Shown here: positions 48,252 to 63,784 of the stretch, one piece after another
How the letters are laid out: the number at the start of each line of letters is the position of its first letter
Numbering within the stretch: the stretch's first letter is position 1
Assembly (NCBI GenBank): GCA_038064975.1
Contig: JBBTRX010000002.1
Coordinates: forward strand, 880 to 64,879
Source of the DNA: Patescibacteria group bacterium
Lineage (GTDB): Bacteria > Patescibacteriota > Minisyncoccia > UBA6257 > 1-14-0-10-40-38
Reading direction: 5' to 3'
Length of the DNA stretch: 64,000 nucleotides
Notes under the pieces: model-generated
The model's database searches: none
What the model saw: the letters and a program-made list of their open reading frames with translations, nothing else
Told to the model about the DNA's origin: nothing
Translations under genes and position numbers: made by a program

Positions 48252-51200
48252 TTATGCCACATTTTCCGCCTCTGCGACTGTTTCTGATTCATGTTCCACT
48301 CCTTCATTGTCAAAATGATGCTTGGAAAGATATCCTGTTCCTGCTGGGATAAGCCGTCCGATAATAACGTTTTCCTTAAGGCCGCGAAGTTTATCCATGC
48401 GCGCCTCAACCGATGCATTGATAAGAACACGAGCGGTTTCCATAAATGATGCAGCTGACAAGAAGCTTTCTGTTGAAAGTGCAACTTTAGTGATTCCGAG
48501 AAGCAATTGCTGTGCTTTAGCAGGAGACTTCCCTTCTTTCTTGGCATTACGATTAACTTCAAGAAAGACGGATTTTTCCACAACATCGCCGCGGACAAAG
48601 TAGGTATCTCCCGTTTCAACAATTTTCACGCGAGAGAACATCTGCCGAACAATGATTTCAATATGTTTGTTGTTAATCACAGCACCTTCAGAAAGATAAA
48701 TCTTTTGAATTTCGTGCAAAATCATCCGTTCAACTTCACGTCCGCCTTTCAACTTAAACACCTCACGCAAATCTGCGGGACCATGGGAAAGGTGATCTCC
48801 CTTTTTCACGATATCCCCTACTTTTACGTTAAGCCATGAGGAACGAGGCACCGGGTATTCAAGAAGTTTTTTCTGCTTCCCTTCCGGCTGTAGACGCACG
48901 TATTTTATGAGTCCCTTTTCTTCAATTTCCACTACTACTCCGTCAGCTTCCGCGAGAAACGCTTTTCCTTTCGGAGCACGTGCTTCAAAGACTTCTTCTA
49001 CGCGAGGAAGACCGTGCGTAATGTCGGCTCCCGCGACTCCTCCGATATGGAATGTTCTCATCGTAAGTTGAGTTCCCGGCTCTCCAATAGATTGTGCAGC
49101 AACAACACCAACGGTCTCGCCCACCTTAATAGGCTGGTTTTTACCCAAGTCATAGCCATAACATTTTGAGCAAACGCCGTAGAGTGTTTTGCAGGTAATC
49201 GGAGATCTGATTTTAAGCGATTCAATCTTATGTTCTGCGTCAATAATATCCGCAGTCTTTCTATCAATCATTTCCCCGCCTTTTGCCAAAATTTTATTCC
49301 CCACCTTAACATCATCCACAACTGTGCGAGAGAATATTTTATTCGCAAATGCATATCCGAACTCCAATCCTTCACTGCGGAGCGCATCAACGCCTTCCCG
49401 CGTCTTACAATCTTCTTCGCGAATAATCAAATCTTGGGAAACGTCTACTAATCTGCGGGTAAGGTACCCTGCTTGTGCGGTTTTAAGTGCGGTATCCGTA
49501 AGACCCTTACGAGAGCCGTGAGTTGAAATAAAGTATTCCAAAACGTTAAATCCTTCTTTGTATGAAGATTTAACCGGGAGCTCAATGGTTTCTCCTTGGT
49601 TGTTTTGCACCAAACCTTTCATACCCATCATCTGTGCCGGCTGTGACCACGATCCTCTTGCACCTGAGGCGATAATGCTGTGGACGGAACTGTGTTTGTC
49701 CAACGTGCGAGGAACAATTTCTTTTCCAATCTTATCGTTTGTTTTTTTCCAAATCTCAATGATACGCTCGCGGCGTTCCGCATTCGTCAAAAATCCTTCT
49801 TCGTATTGATTCCGAACTTTTTCAGCCGCCACTTCTGCTTCTTTCAAAATACCCTTCTTCTCGGGTGGCACGCGCAAATCATCCATACCCCAACTGATGC
49901 CGGACTTGGTTGCGTAAGTAAATCCGATTTCCTTGATAGCATCCAAATGTTCGCGGGCGATATCAATACCATATAGTGTGATAAGCTCACCTACGATTTT
50001 TGAGAGATCTTTCTTGGTTAACAAATGATTAATATACGGAAAATCAGCCGGCAATACGCGGTTGAATAAAATTCTGCCAACAGTAGTTTCCAATTCTTCA
50101 CCATTCGCTTCTTTGATTTTAATGATCGCGTTAATCGGCGTAAGATCGCATTCATAGGCGTAAATTGCATCGTCTTGGCTTGCGAATAGTGATACCTTTG
50201 ATTTCGCGCTTTCAAGCGAATTCATAAGATAATAAACGCCCAACACGATATCCAATGCTGGAGAAACGATCGGGTCTCCCGTTGCAGGCTTCAATAAGTT
50301 CAGACTCGCAAGCATGAGTGTGCGTGCTTCCTCCTGCGCTTCATGAGAAAGCGGAAGGTGTACTGCCATTTGATCTCCGTCAAAGTCCGCGTTAAACGCA
50401 GTACAGACGAGCGGAGGAATTTGGATAGCCAAGTCTTCAGTCAAGCGTGGCTTGAATGCCTGAACGCCAAGACGGTGGAGCGTTGGGGCGCGGTTAAGTA
50501 ATACGTAGCGGTCAGCAATAACTTCTTCAAGAATCTCCCAAACTTCCGGAGGGGCCTGTTCAATAAGACGATTGGAATTTCTGATATTGTGCGCGAGTCC
50601 GCGTTCAATAATTTTATGAATAACAAACGGCTTAAAGAGTTCAAGTGCCATTTTTTTAGGCAATCCGCATTCCCCTAACTTCAGATGTGGACCGACTACG
50701 ATGACGGAACGGCCGGAATAGTCTACGCGTTTTCCGAGAAGGTTTTGGCGGAATCTACCTTGCTTTCCTTTCAACATGTCCGAAAGAGAACGCAATGGGC
50801 GGCGCTGACTTGAGAGTTGTTGAGACCCCAAGCGAGCAGTGTTATCAATAAGTGCATCCACTGCTTCTTGAAGCATGCGTTTTTCGTTCGTGACGATAAC
50901 TTCCGGAGCTTTGAGCTCCATTAACTTTTTCAAACGGTTATTGCGATTAATAACACGGCGGTAGAGATCGTTTAAGTCAGAAGTCGCATAACGTCCCCCA
51001 TCAAGAGCAACCATAGGGCGAAGATCCGGCGGCAATACAGGGAGTACCGTCATGATCATCCACTCCGGACGCATATTGTTCGTCATGAATGATTTTGCGA
51101 GCTTGATGCGGCGCAAAATTCTACTTTCCTTCAAAGAATCCTTGAGGTGCTCCAAACTCTTTTCCATCTCAACAATCATTTTTCCCAAATCAACTTCCGA

Positions 51201-51860
51201 GAGAATCTTACGGATTGCTTCCGCGCCGCTCCCCGCTTCAAACACATCTCCAAATCGCTTTGCAATATTGTAGTATTGGGATTCCGAAAGCACGTTGCCG
51301 ATAGCGAGATCTTCAAGAATATCCTTTATCTCTTCCATTGCCGTTTCCAAGTCTTCTACAGTAGAGCCTTCGCCTTCAATAGTTTTTTTGCGAGCTTTAA
51401 ATTCTTTTTCCAAATCCTGAAGCGCACGCTTTCTATTTTCTTCATGCACTGCAGTAACCACGTATGCAGCGTAATAAATAACGCGCTCTAATTTTGCGAG
51501 AGGGATGTTGAGGAAAAGTCCGATTTTTGAGGGAACATTTTTGAAAAACCAAATATGCGCGACAGGTGCCGCGAGCATAATATGACCAAGCCGTTCACGG
51601 CGCACGATAGATCGCGTTACTTCAACTCCACACTTATCGCACACTACACCCTTATAGCGGGCACGGCGATATTTTCCGCAGTAACACTCCCAATCCTTTG
51701 TAGGACCGAAAATGCGTTCAGAAAAAAGACCGTCCTTTTCCGGGCGCTGAGTCCGATAATTGATCGTTTCCGGCTTGATAACTTCGCCGTGAGACCACTT
51801 TAAAACATCTTCGGGCGAGGCAAGCGTAATTCTTATGGCATCAAAATGTCCTCTGTTCAT
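48252..51860 (-). CDS. rpoC: RNA polymerase beta' subunit
   Basis: [28 protein letters not shown]. Confidence 0.99.
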   Translation of the reverse strand: MNRGHFDAIRITLASPEDVLKWSHGEVIKPETINYRTQRPEKDGLFSERIFGPTKDWECYCGKYRRARYKGVVCDKCGVEVTRSIVRRERLGHIMLAAPVAHIWFFKNVPSKIGLFLNIPLAKLERVIYYAAYVVTAVHEENRKRALQDLEKEFKARKKTIEGEGSTVEDLETAMEEIKDILEDLAIGNVLSESQYYNIAKRFGDVFEAGSGAEAIRKILSEVDLGKMIVEMEKSLEHLKDSLKESRILRRIKLAKSFMTNNMRPEWMIMTVLPVLPPDLRPMVALDGGRYATSDLNDLYRRVINRNNRLKKLMELKAPEVIVTNEKRMLQEAVDALIDNTARLGSQQLSSQRRPLRSLSDMLKGKQGRFRQNLLGKRVDYSGRSVIVVGPHLKLGECGLPKKMALELFKPFVIHKIIERGLAHNIRNSNRLIEQAPPEVWEILEEVIADRYVLLNRAPTLHRLGVQAFKPRLTEDLAIQIPPLVCTAFNADFDGDQMAVHLPLSHEAQEEARTLMLASLNLLKPATGDPIVSPALDIVLGVYYLMNSLESAKSKVSLFASQDDAIYAYECDLTPINAIIKIKEANGEELETTVGRILFNRVLPADFPYINHLLTKKDLSKIVGELITLYGIDIAREHLDAIKEIGFTYATKSGISWGMDDLRVPPEKKGILKEAEVAAEKVRNQYEEGFLTNAERRERIIEIWKKTNDKIGKEIVPRTLDKHSSVHSIIASGARGSWSQPAQMMGMKGLVQNNQGETIELPVKSSYKEGFNVLEYFISTHGSRKGLTDTALKTAQAGYLTRRLVDVSQDLIIREEDCKTREGVDALRSEGLEFGYAFANKIFSRTVVDDVKVGNKILAKGGEMIDRKTADIIDAEHKIESLKIRSPITCKTLYGVCSKCYGYDLGKNQPIKVGETVGVVAAQSIGEPGTQLTMRTFHIGGVAGADITHGLPRVEEVFEARAPKGKAFLAEADGVVVEIEEKGLIKYVRLQPEGKQKKLLEYPVPRSSWLNVKVGDIVKKGDHLSHGPADLREVFKLKGGREVERMILHEIQKIYLSEGAVINNKHIEIIVRQMFSRVKIVETGDTYFVRGDVVEKSVFLEVNRNAKKEGKSPAKAQQLLLGITKVALSTESFLSAASFMETARVLINASVEARMDKLRGLKENVIIGRLIPAGTGYLSKHHFDNEGVEHESETVAEAENVA

Positions 51861-51868
51861 AAATGTTT

Positions 51869-54800
51869 TTATTCGGCTGGTGTTTCCTCAACTTCTTCCC
51901 CTCTCGACCCTCCGTCATACATGAGCTCAATATGAAATCCAAGGGATTTCAATTCGCTCACAAGCACGTTAAATGACGCAGGAAGGTTTGGATTTTTAAT
52001 TTTTTCTCCGCGAATGATTGACTCGTATGCTGCAGACCGCCCGAGAATATCGTCTGATTTTGTCGTGAGCATTTCTTGGAGCGTATGCGCCGCACCGTAT
52101 CCCTCAAGAGCCCACACTTCCATTTCTCCAAAGCGCTGTCCTCCGAATTGGGCTTTTCCTCCTAATGGCTGCTGAGTAATTAAGGAGTATGGACCAATAG
52201 AGCGCATGTGGATCTTGTCTTCCACTAAGTGATTAAGCTTCATGATATACATGACGCCAACAGTTACCGGCTGAGAAAATGCTTGTCCGGTCCGTCCGTC
52301 AAAAAGAGTAACCTTGCCACTCTCATTAATACCAGCGGCTCTAAGTTCTGTTTTGATCTGCGTTTCTGTGGCACCTGCAAATGACGGTGTAATGGCACGG
52401 TATCCTAACTTTTTCGCCGCCCATCCCAAATGCGTTTCAAGAATTTGTCCCAAGTTCATGCGGGAAGGCACGCCCAAAGGATTTAAAATAACATCAACTG
52501 GAGTACCGTCTTCAAGATAAGGCATGTCTTCCACCGGGCGGACTTGGGAAATAACTCCCTTGTTGCCGTAGCGTCCAGCGAGCTTATCGCCTGCGCGGAT
52601 TTTGCGGAGCTGTGCAACCTCAACCTGAATACGAGTAATGATGCCTGGCTCAAGTTTGTCCCCTCTGTCACGAGAAAATACTTTAATACCGACAACACGG
52701 CCATATTTTCCGTGAGGCAGAGTAAGCGAAGTATCTTTTACGTCGCGGGCTTTTTCACCGAAAATAGCGCGGAGCAAACGCTCTTCAGACGTAAGCTCGC
52801 TTTCTCCCTTCGGAGAAATTTTACCGACAAGAATATCTCCTGCACGGACTTCCGCACCGATACGCACAACACCGATCTCATCAAGATTTCTTAATTTTTC
52901 TTCAGAAACGTTTGGAATATCCGGCGTAGTCATCTCAGGACCAAGCTTCGTATCGCGAACATCGCAATAGAAATCTTCAATATGAATTGAAGTGAAGCGG
53001 TCGTCTTGAACCACACGTTCGGAAACGATAATAGCGTCTTCAAAGTTTGCGCCTTCCCACGAGAGGAATGCTACGACTAAGTTTTGTCCCAAGGCGAGTA
53101 CGCCGTTATCAATAGAAGGGCCGTCAACGAGCACGTCTCCCTTTTTTACCTTTGCGCCCCGCTCTACGAGCGGTCGCTGGGAAATACAGGTGAATTGGTT
53201 GGATCGTTTAAATTTAGTGAGCGGATACTCATGCTTCTTACCAGACTTTCCTTCTAGTATGAGATGCATACCATCTACCTCGTGAACAGTTCCGTCTTCA
53301 GGAGCTTGAATAACGTATCCAGAATCAAGTGCAACTTTCTCTTCCGTTCCCGTAGAAACGAACGGTGCTTGCGGACGGATAGAAACAACCGCTTGCCGTT
53401 GCATGTTTGCACCCATGGCTGCGCGGCTCGCGTCATTGTGAATTAAAAATGGGATAAGCGAAGCCGCAACGCTGACTGCCTGGTTAGGAGCAACGTCCAT
53501 CAGAGTAACTTCAGTGTTACTGCAGGTTCCCGGACCTCCATGAATACGAGCTTCAACACTGTCATCTAAAATAAGGCCATCGCTGTCAAAACGGATTCCT
53601 GCGTGCGCAATAATATGCTTTTCTTCTTCAAACGCATCAAGCCAAACAATCTCTTTCGTAAGGCGTTTATTTTTTACCACAATATATGGCGTTTCCATGA
53701 AACCGAGCTCGTTGATACGAGTGAAATTTGCGAAGTGACTGATAAGACCGATATTCGCTCCTTCAGGAGTTTGAATCGGACAAATGCGTCCATAGTGAGA
53801 GCGATGTACGTCGCGTACTTCAAAACCGGCACGCTCACGAGTAAGACCTCCTTGGCCCATCGCGGAGATGCGACGCTTGTGTTCAATTTCCGTTAAAGGA
53901 TTTACCTGATCCATGAACTGTGAGAGTTGGGATGAAACAAAGAAATCCCGAACCACGGAAATAACAGGCCGAGTGTTCACGAGCTGAACCGGAGTAATAA
54001 CATTAATATCTAATGTAGACATGCGGTCCTGAACAATACGGCGCATGCGCGCAAGGCCGATGCGCAAGCGAGATTGTACAAGCTCCCCTACTGGACGGAC
54101 ACGACGATTGCCAAGGTGATCAATGTCATCAGGCTCTGCGTCAGGCGCATTGTTGAGCCGGATAATTTCGCGCAAAATAGCGATAAGATCTTCTTTCGTA
54201 AGAAGCTTACTCCCCTCTTTTTTCGGTTTGCCATGCAAACGTTGATTGATTTTAAACCGCCCTACTTCTGAAAGGTCGTAGCGGTCTCCGCGCTGGAACA
54301 TAGCGTCGATCAAGCTCTTCATGTTATCAACGCTCGCCAAATCTCCCGGACGAATGCGTTTATAAATTTCTACATATGCATCATCCAAGCTCTTTGCAGT
54401 GTCTTTTTTGAGCGTAGCTTCAATATACTTAATAGATTCAGTATCAATATCGGCAAAATCTTTCATGCCGGTTTCTGGATCCCATCCAAAAATACGAAGC
54501 AAGTCAGTTACTGCAACTTTTCTGCGGCGATCAATTTTAACACCAATAAAACCATCCGCATCAGTTTCAAATTCAAGCCAAACACCGCGGTTCGGAATAA
54601 CTTTCGCGCCAAATAATTTTTTTCCTCTCCACAGATGCGCGGTATAATAGACTCCGGCGGATCTGATCAATTGAGACACTACAATACGCTCAACTCCGTT
54701 TACAATAAAAGTACCTCGCTCCGTCATGGCCGGGAAATCACCGAAGTATACTTCTTGCTCACGCTCTTCTTTAGTCTTGTTGTTGACGAGTCTCAGCTTA

Positions 54801-55063
54801 ACGCGAAGAGGAATTTCGTACGTTAAATCTTTAAGCTTCGCATACGCTTCATCGTACTTCGGCTCATCAAAATAGTATTCTACAAACTGCAATTCGAGAT
54901 CCTTCCCTGTATAGTCAGTAATAGGAAAAACTTCTTCAAAAAGCTCTTTCAATCCCTTGGCCCGGAACCACTTATCCGATTCAATTTGGATCTTCGCAAG
55001 ATGGTCTTGTTCTACGACATGACCTGGGTGCGAAGAAAAGATTTTAGTAGGAAGTTTTTGCAT
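51869..55063 (-). CDS. rpoB: RNA polymerase beta subunit
   Basis: [32 protein letters not shown]. Confidence 0.99.
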   Translation of the reverse strand: MQKLPTKIFSSHPGHVVEQDHLAKIQIESDKWFRAKGLKELFEEVFPITDYTGKDLELQFVEYYFDEPKYDEAYAKLKDLTYEIPLRVKLRLVNNKTKEEREQEVYFGDFPAMTERGTFIVNGVERIVVSQLIRSAGVYYTAHLWRGKKLFGAKVIPNRGVWLEFETDADGFIGVKIDRRRKVAVTDLLRIFGWDPETGMKDFADIDTESIKYIEATLKKDTAKSLDDAYVEIYKRIRPGDLASVDNMKSLIDAMFQRGDRYDLSEVGRFKINQRLHGKPKKEGSKLLTKEDLIAILREIIRLNNAPDAEPDDIDHLGNRRVRPVGELVQSRLRIGLARMRRIVQDRMSTLDINVITPVQLVNTRPVISVVRDFFVSSQLSQFMDQVNPLTEIEHKRRISAMGQGGLTRERAGFEVRDVHRSHYGRICPIQTPEGANIGLISHFANFTRINELGFMETPYIVVKNKRLTKEIVWLDAFEEEKHIIAHAGIRFDSDGLILDDSVEARIHGGPGTCSNTEVTLMDVAPNQAVSVAASLIPFLIHNDASRAAMGANMQRQAVVSIRPQAPFVSTGTEEKVALDSGYVIQAPEDGTVHEVDGMHLILEGKSGKKHEYPLTKFKRSNQFTCISQRPLVERGAKVKKGDVLVDGPSIDNGVLALGQNLVVAFLSWEGANFEDAIIVSERVVQDDRFTSIHIEDFYCDVRDTKLGPEMTTPDIPNVSEEKLRNLDEIGVVRIGAEVRAGDILVGKISPKGESELTSEERLLRAIFGEKARDVKDTSLTLPHGKYGRVVGIKVFSRDRGDKLEPGIITRIQVEVAQLRKIRAGDKLAGRYGNKGVISQVRPVEDMPYLEDGTPVDVILNPLGVPSRMNLGQILETHLGWAAKKLGYRAITPSFAGATETQIKTELRAAGINESGKVTLFDGRTGQAFSQPVTVGVMYIMKLNHLVEDKIHMRSIGPYSLITQQPLGGKAQFGGQRFGEMEVWALEGYGAAHTLQEMLTTKSDDILGRSAAYESIIRGEKIKNPNLPASFNVLVSELKSLGFHIELMYDGGSRGEEVEETPAE

Positions 55064-55145
55064 GGGATTGCTTATTGGAGAAAAAAACGCCACCGGATAG
55101 CCACAAAGTCCGCTTCCGGGGCAGATTAGTGATTAATAGTAAACC

Positions 55146-56150
55146 CTATAAATGCAAATACTGAGCTCGATGCTCATTATGCTCTTCTAATGTTTTTGAG
55201 AAAATTGTCTGCTGTGTCTGCGGCGCCGACAGATAATAGAGGAAGTCGCTGGTCTTCGGGTTCCGCGCAGCTATAATAGCGTCCGAACCCGGATTCGCTA
55301 TTGGAAACGGCGGGATCCCCCTATGCAAATAGGTATTGACTTTTGATTGTATGCGAAAATTACTTTTTGTCAAGGGGTCACATCCTTTTGATCTCCCCTC
55401 GCAGGCAAGGTAGACGATTGTAGCATCAACCTGGAGCGGAATGCCAATTTTCAGTCTTTTTTGAAAAATACCGGAAACAATGCGCCGATCCTCTGAAAAT
55501 GGAACTTCTCGCTCAATAAGCGAGGCGAGAATTAGATTATTGTACCAATCAGGAGAAAGCTCATCGCCGGTTCGACCAAAAAGCGGCAACGCTTTGATGG
55601 TAAAATTCTCAAGCATTTTATTTACGATATCCCCCGCAGTCGCATCCGGAGAAATTCTATAGGTATCCGGAAATAAAAATCCTTCAAGAGTTTTAGCTTT
55701 AGCAAGAAAAGGATATTTTTCAGTAAACGCATTCACGGGAAATTTAGCGATTTCTCCAGCGGCAATAAGTCCGAGCTCGGAAAACTGGTCGTCAATATCT
55801 TTCAGCGTTTTCCCTTCGGTCACTACAACAACAAGATCAGCCGGACCGGCGGCGATCATTTTTACGATTTTCGGCGTGCTCATCGCCGTAGTAATCGGAT
55901 AGAGTCCTGGCTTCAATGTATGAGCTGATCCGCTCACAATTCCATACGCCTTAAAGGCATTCTTAGAACGGATCAGATTACCACCCGCTAAAAGTTCCGC
56001 GATTTCTTCTACTCCCATTCCCGATGTCACGGTTATCACGCGAGCGCTTCCACCCTCCACGCCGATCGGTGCCAAAAGATACGTTGAATATAAAAAAAAG
56101 AAAAGAAAGAGCAACGAGCCGCTTGTAGTAATGGTTCTGGAAAATCGCAT
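55146..56150 (-). CDS. mltG: Endolytic transglycosylase MltG
   Basis: EGFLFPDTY, ASLIERE, LQVDAT, PIANPG. Confidence 0.93.
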   Translation of the reverse strand: MRFSRTITTSGSLLFLFFFLYSTYLLAPIGVEGGSARVITVTSGMGVEEIAELLAGGNLIRSKNAFKAYGIVSGSAHTLKPGLYPITTAMSTPKIVKMIAAGPADLVVVVTEGKTLKDIDDQFSELGLIAAGEIAKFPVNAFTEKYPFLAKAKTLEGFLFPDTYRISPDATAGDIVNKMLENFTIKALPLFGRTGDELSPDWYNNLILASLIEREVPFSEDRRIVSGIFQKRLKIGIPLQVDATIVYLACEGRSKGCDPLTKSNFRIQSKVNTYLHRGIPPFPIANPGSDAIIAARNPKTSDFLYYLSAPQTQQTIFSKTLEEHNEHRAQYLHL

Positions 56151-56168
56151 AGTAAGAGTATGAAAAAA

Positions 56169-57248
56169 CTAAAAACGCTCACGCGCTGCAATACTCTGGA
56201 TAATACCGATGAGTATTGCCTTCGTCAACAAGCTGGATCCGCCATAACTCACGAACGGGAGCGTCACCCCAATAACGGGAACAAGCGCGAGATTAGATCC
56301 AACGTTAAGAGCAAACTCTGCCAAAAAGAGACTTGCCGTTCCCAAACATAAAAATTGGGAAAAGGCGTCCCTACTCCCCAGCCCAATAATAATGATACGC
56401 AAAACGAGCAGTATAAAAGCGCCGATTAAAATAATAGCTCCGACAAAGCCCCACTCTTCTACGAAAGCGGCGAAAATAAAATCAGTGCCCGGCTCCGTGA
56501 GAAACCCAAGCTGTGTTTGCGTCCCATGACCAAACCCTTTTCCAAACCAACCGGACGAACCGATGGCAATTTTTGCCTGGATCACACTATAGTTAACGCC
56601 TAAAGGATCATAGCTCGGCTGAAAAAAACCGACGATTCTTTCTTTTTGATAATCAGCAAGCGCAAAATGCCACGCAAAAAAACTTAGCACGAGAAGAATA
56701 CTAAACCCAATAACGATATGGCGCCACCTGATTCCAGAGGCGAGCAGAAATCCTCCCCAAATACTAAAAACAACAAGTGCGGATCCCCAGTCAGGCTGAG
56801 CAATAATAAGTCCCGCCGGCAAAAGTACATATAAAAAACTGATTGCAAGATTGGAGACGTGAGCAATGCCAATATGCCGTCGGGCGAAAAAATAGGAAAG
56901 TAAAATAATAAGTGCGATCTTAGCGAGTTCCGCAGGTTGGAATCTCATCGGACCGATTATTATCCATGCGTGGATGTTTCTAATCGCCGGAGAAAAAAGC
57001 GCGGCGATAAGCAGACATAGGGTTACAAAATAAATAAGAAAGAGCATCCACCGATAATTAATAATCGGACGGAAATCGATATATAAGAAGAGACCTATAA
57101 TAACGATTGATATCCCGAACCAGAGCGCTTGTGACCTAAAAAGATCCTGGGAAACACTTGCAAGTCCTACAAGGCTTACTAACATGAGCACACAAAAAGC
57201 GAGCGTAAGAAGCTTATCTTGGCGTTTAAAGAGTCCAAAAAAAGGCAT
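56169..57248 (-). CDS. rodA: SEDS peptidoglycan polymerase RodA
   Basis: FQPAELAK, QPDWG, TDFIFA, LPFVSYGGS. Confidence 0.92.
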   Translation of the reverse strand: MPFFGLFKRQDKLLTLAFCVLMLVSLVGLASVSQDLFRSQALWFGISIVIIGLFLYIDFRPIINYRWMLFLIYFVTLCLLIAALFSPAIRNIHAWIIIGPMRFQPAELAKIALIILLSYFFARRHIGIAHVSNLAISFLYVLLPAGLIIAQPDWGSALVVFSIWGGFLLASGIRWRHIVIGFSILLVLSFFAWHFALADYQKERIVGFFQPSYDPLGVNYSVIQAKIAIGSSGWFGKGFGHGTQTQLGFLTEPGTDFIFAAFVEEWGFVGAIILIGAFILLVLRIIIIGLGSRDAFSQFLCLGTASLFLAEFALNVGSNLALVPVIGVTLPFVSYGGSSLLTKAILIGIIQSIAARERF

Positions 57249-57249
57249 G

Positions 57250-57993
57250 CTAGTAAAGGGCTTCCGTGTAAAGACGGAATTCCATGCCATTCCCTATTTC
57301 TTCAGGGAAAATGATGCGAAATTCCCGCTCTTCAGAAGGAAGTAATTCCGTAAGAGATGTCTGCGACGCGACAAAAGGTAATCCTCCGCCGTCTTCAAAA
57401 ATTCCAAAAAGAGTGACTGCGCCAACGAGACGAGAATCAAGATTGGAAACAAAACCAGCAATTGATTTTTTAGTGCCTTCAGAAATTACTCGTATCCCAC
57501 GAAGTTGGATGTTGGGCTTCGGAAATTCCGCGTTTGATTTCCATTCCGAGGCTCCTAATAGTATTTCTCCGCGCACTGCTCCCACGCCGTGAATAGAGGT
57601 GATGAGTAATGTTTTAATTTCGCCTGCGTATACCACAGTCTCTCCGGACTGTTCTCCCACAATTCCGCTCCCACCCACGAGCTTCGCAGTAAACGGCAAC
57701 GTTGCAGCCGCATAATTAATGTTCGGATTTTTTAATGAAACGAGAATTGAAAACGTCCCGTCACTGTTTTTAATAAGATGATTCCCGGTAATTTGAATTG
57801 GAAGCAACGCCTTAATCTCGCAGGGTACGCAATCTCCCCCGCAATCAATTTGAACCTCATTTTGATTTTTAGATCCGTCAAAGCAGGTTCCATAACGGAC
57901 ATTTACCATACGATATCCGCCATAAATTATTCCTGCAAGAATCGCAAGATAGAACCCTCCATAAATAATTTGTTTTATAAGCGTTGATTGCAT
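57250..57993 (-). CDS. Membrane-anchored hypothetical protein with Cys-rich motif
   Basis: TM then TCFDGSKNQNEVQIDCGGDCVPC. Confidence 0.7.
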   Translation of the reverse strand: MQSTLIKQIIYGGFYLAILAGIIYGGYRMVNVRYGTCFDGSKNQNEVQIDCGGDCVPCEIKALLPIQITGNHLIKNSDGTFSILVSLKNPNINYAAATLPFTAKLVGGSGIVGEQSGETVVYAGEIKTLLITSIHGVGAVRGEILLGASEWKSNAEFPKPNIQLRGIRVISEGTKKSIAGFVSNLDSRLVGAVTLFGIFEDGGGLPFVASQTSLTELLPSEEREFRIIFPEEIGNGMEFRLYTEALY

Positions 57994-58025
57994 ATTCGTG
58001 TGTTTTATCAGTATATCCCCGACTC

Positions 58026-58258
58026 GTGTCCTGTGTACAAAATAGCTTATCATGGCAGACTATGTTTTTCATTATATGCAAGGCGTGAGGAGCGATGCGT
58101 GCCTGTAAGGTACGTGAATAACGAACAACGCAGCAGATGATGAAAAACATCGCCTGCCCAAGGGGAAAGAGAATGTTTGGCAATATGCTTTGTCATTCCT
58201 CCTTGCATCTTGTCCGAATATTCTCTTTCCATGGCAAGCTATTTTGTACACAGGACAC
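58026..58258. repeat. Long palindromic MITE/RPE-like element
   Basis: Perfect 23-bp TIR GTGTCCTGTGTACAAAATAGCTT; internal GCAAGGCGTGAGGAG...ACGAACAACGC. Confidence 0.85.
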
Positions 58259-58310
58259 TGACGCAAAGCGCCAAAAAAAGCAACAAAAAAACTGCATACA
58301 TACTTGCAAC

Positions 58311-58422
58311 TTCCGGCGAACCCTAACTTTCCCCGAGTAAACGAGTATCATCGGGCCGAGACGATTTCACTTCTCTGTTCGGAATGGGAAGAGGTGGGTC
58401 ACGTCTAGGTAAATCACCAGAA
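58311..58422 (-). rRNA. rrf: 5S rRNA
   Basis: CCCATTCCGAAC, GAAGTGAA, CCGATGATACT; terminal helix. Confidence 0.92.
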
Positions 58423-58482
58423 GATGCAAATATATATGCAGAATTTTTATGTGTGCCCTTGCTACTACGAAAAATAGTTTGT

Positions 58483-61838
<3,356 letters not shown>

Positions 61839-62116
61839 ACATGTATTTTTCGTAGTGGAAAAAGCACACTGCTTTCCACTGTTATATTTTGCAATTTGTA
61901 TACCTGCTATTCAATTATCAATTTACGTTCAGCTCGGGAAACTTATCATCCATGACTGCACATTGCTTGCGGAGTATTTTGAGAAGCCGCGAGAGATGTG
62001 AAGTCAGGGAGCAAAAAAACCGCTGGGCGAGCGGCTTTATGACTCAGGGCAATCAGAACCTATTGCCGGGAGGGGCCGCTTGGAATATGGGTTTGATTAC
62101 TCATTTAGTAAATACC

Positions 62117-62166
62117 AGTATAGCTATCAGGAAAACCTTGTCAAGCGAGTCACGGGGGTCTATAAT
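62117..62166. promoter_or_regulatory. Overlapping divergent promoters (23S-5S operon on -, orphan gene on +)
   Basis: Minus TTGACA-16-TATACT; plus TTGTCA-17-TATAAT; shared -35 bases 62138..62144. Confidence 0.7.
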
Positions 62167-62207
62167 CCCAACCAGTTCTTCCCCCCTTGAAACAGGAGAG
62201 TCGTCCG

Positions 62208-62558
62208 ATGAACGAGTACGAAGCGTACCGAAATCGTGAGCACGATATCGGGTGGTTGAGAAGGCTCTGCGAAGGCGCTGAATCGCACACCGAACTCGGG
62301 CCTCACGAATGGACAAGAATCGTGGAAATCGTGAGTACACGCAACCTCATGTGCGTGCACCAGGAAGCATCTAGCACACAAGGGAGCGTGTTCTGCATTT
62401 TCGATACCATTCCCAGGACGAATCCTATCGTCGTGATTCACACACGTCGACTCCCCCACCTTGGAATCCAAGACTTCAAGGAACTGAAAAATAGTGGACG
62501 CAACAGAGCGTTGATGCAACGCGCCGGAGTTCCTCACATCGAAGCAGCTCAAGTCTAA
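62208..62558 (+). CDS. Orphan 116-aa protein
   Basis: Promoter, CAGGAG SD, terminator near 62575..62609. Confidence 0.6.
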   Translation: MNEYEAYRNREHDIGWLRRLCEGAESHTELGPHEWTRIVEIVSTRNLMCVHQEASSTQGSVFCIFDTIPRTNPIVVIHTRRLPHLGIQDFKELKNSGRNRALMQRAGVPHIEAAQV

Positions 62559-62670
62559 GGACAAGTGTCCAACCCTCCGACCTCCCCTGCGGGTAGGTCG
62601 GATTTTTTTCACCCTCAAACAAAAACCGCCCCTCACAGGCGGTTCTTGTTTTTCTGCATCACCGGAAAAA

Positions 62671-63357
62671 TTATCCGCGATGATTAAATTCTTCTTTAAC
62701 TCTGCTCAACCACTGATGTGCATGATCTTTTCCTCCGAGCCCGAATGCCAATCCGCCTGCAAGGGCGAGCATGGCAACCAAACCGGTGATCAGTGTATTG
62801 ATAATCTGTACTGCAACTCCTAATTCAACGAGCGCGGTAAGAAAACCAAATACGACAACGCCCCACCATGCAATCGTGCCAAGTGCTTTTGCCGAGTGCA
62901 TCTTTGCTCCCAACATGGAAGCGCGGATAAGTCCTCGTAAAAAGTTTGCCACGATAATTGTTGCGAGCAAGATAAGCGCCGCAACAAGCACTTTCGGAAT
63001 ATAATTCAACACGTCCGTCAAAAAGCTGGAGAGCGATCCGAATCCGAGGATGTCAGATGCTGCAAGCACAAAGACGAGAATGAAAAACCAATATACGAGC
63101 TGACCAAAAAAATGACCCGCATTGAGCCGCATGTTCGCGCGCGCCATAAATGCCTCAACGCCAAACTGACGGAGCAGAGAATCAATTTTCAGGTAATACA
63201 CCAAACGCTCAACGAGCTTTTCCAAACCTGCGGCAACAATGAGCCCTATAATAAGGACGATCAAAGCGCCGATAAGTTCAGGAAGAAAACCTCCCACACG
63301 AATCCACAACTCTTGCAATGAACGAGCAAGAGTATCTACCCAGAATTGTACACTCAT
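62671..63357 (-). CDS. Conserved TM-helix (MscS TM/CmpX-like) membrane protein
   Basis: FLPELIGALIVLIIG, YIPKVLVA, LAFGLGGKD. Confidence 0.8.
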   Translation of the reverse strand: MSVQFWVDTLARSLQELWIRVGGFLPELIGALIVLIIGLIVAAGLEKLVERLVYYLKIDSLLRQFGVEAFMARANMRLNAGHFFGQLVYWFFILVFVLAASDILGFGSLSSFLTDVLNYIPKVLVAALILLATIIVANFLRGLIRASMLGAKMHSAKALGTIAWWGVVVFGFLTALVELGVAVQIINTLITGLVAMLALAGGLAFGLGGKDHAHQWLSRVKEEFNHRG

Positions 63358-63507
63358 ACCTGATAAATAAATTTTCGTTAATAGTGTTCGCGGCCTCACA
63401 CGCCGCAAACGATCCTGCTCGACCTTTTTGTTTTGCTATTACCTCTTCATTATATACCTATAAGATGCCTCTTATGTGGATAACTCGCTCGTTTTTCCTT
63501 ACAAACA

Positions 63508-63723
63508 TTAGCTCCCGTTTCCCCATTCTACGTGACTCCAAACCCGCTCGTGAATGTAATATCCGATCGTACTTATAATCGCGATCGCGATCGTAATTTT
63601 CAGTGATTGGTCGAGTAGTCCGGTATGCGCATATGCAACAGCAAGAGTAATGCCGGTCGCGATGACTCGCCATAATATTGCTTTAGTAAGTGATCTCTTC
63701 CGTCCTTCATGCAGTGATGTCAT
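63508..63723 (-). CDS. DUF2061 family small membrane protein
   Basis: RSLTKAILWRVIAT...YYIHERVW. Confidence 0.85.
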   Translation of the reverse strand: MTSLHEGRKRSLTKAILWRVIATGITLAVAYAHTGLLDQSLKITIAIAIISTIGYYIHERVWSHVEWGNGS

Positions 63724-63784
63724 GCATTTATTATAAACCAAAAATAACTGTGGATAAGAAAAGATACCTCCCCACCCGATAGCG

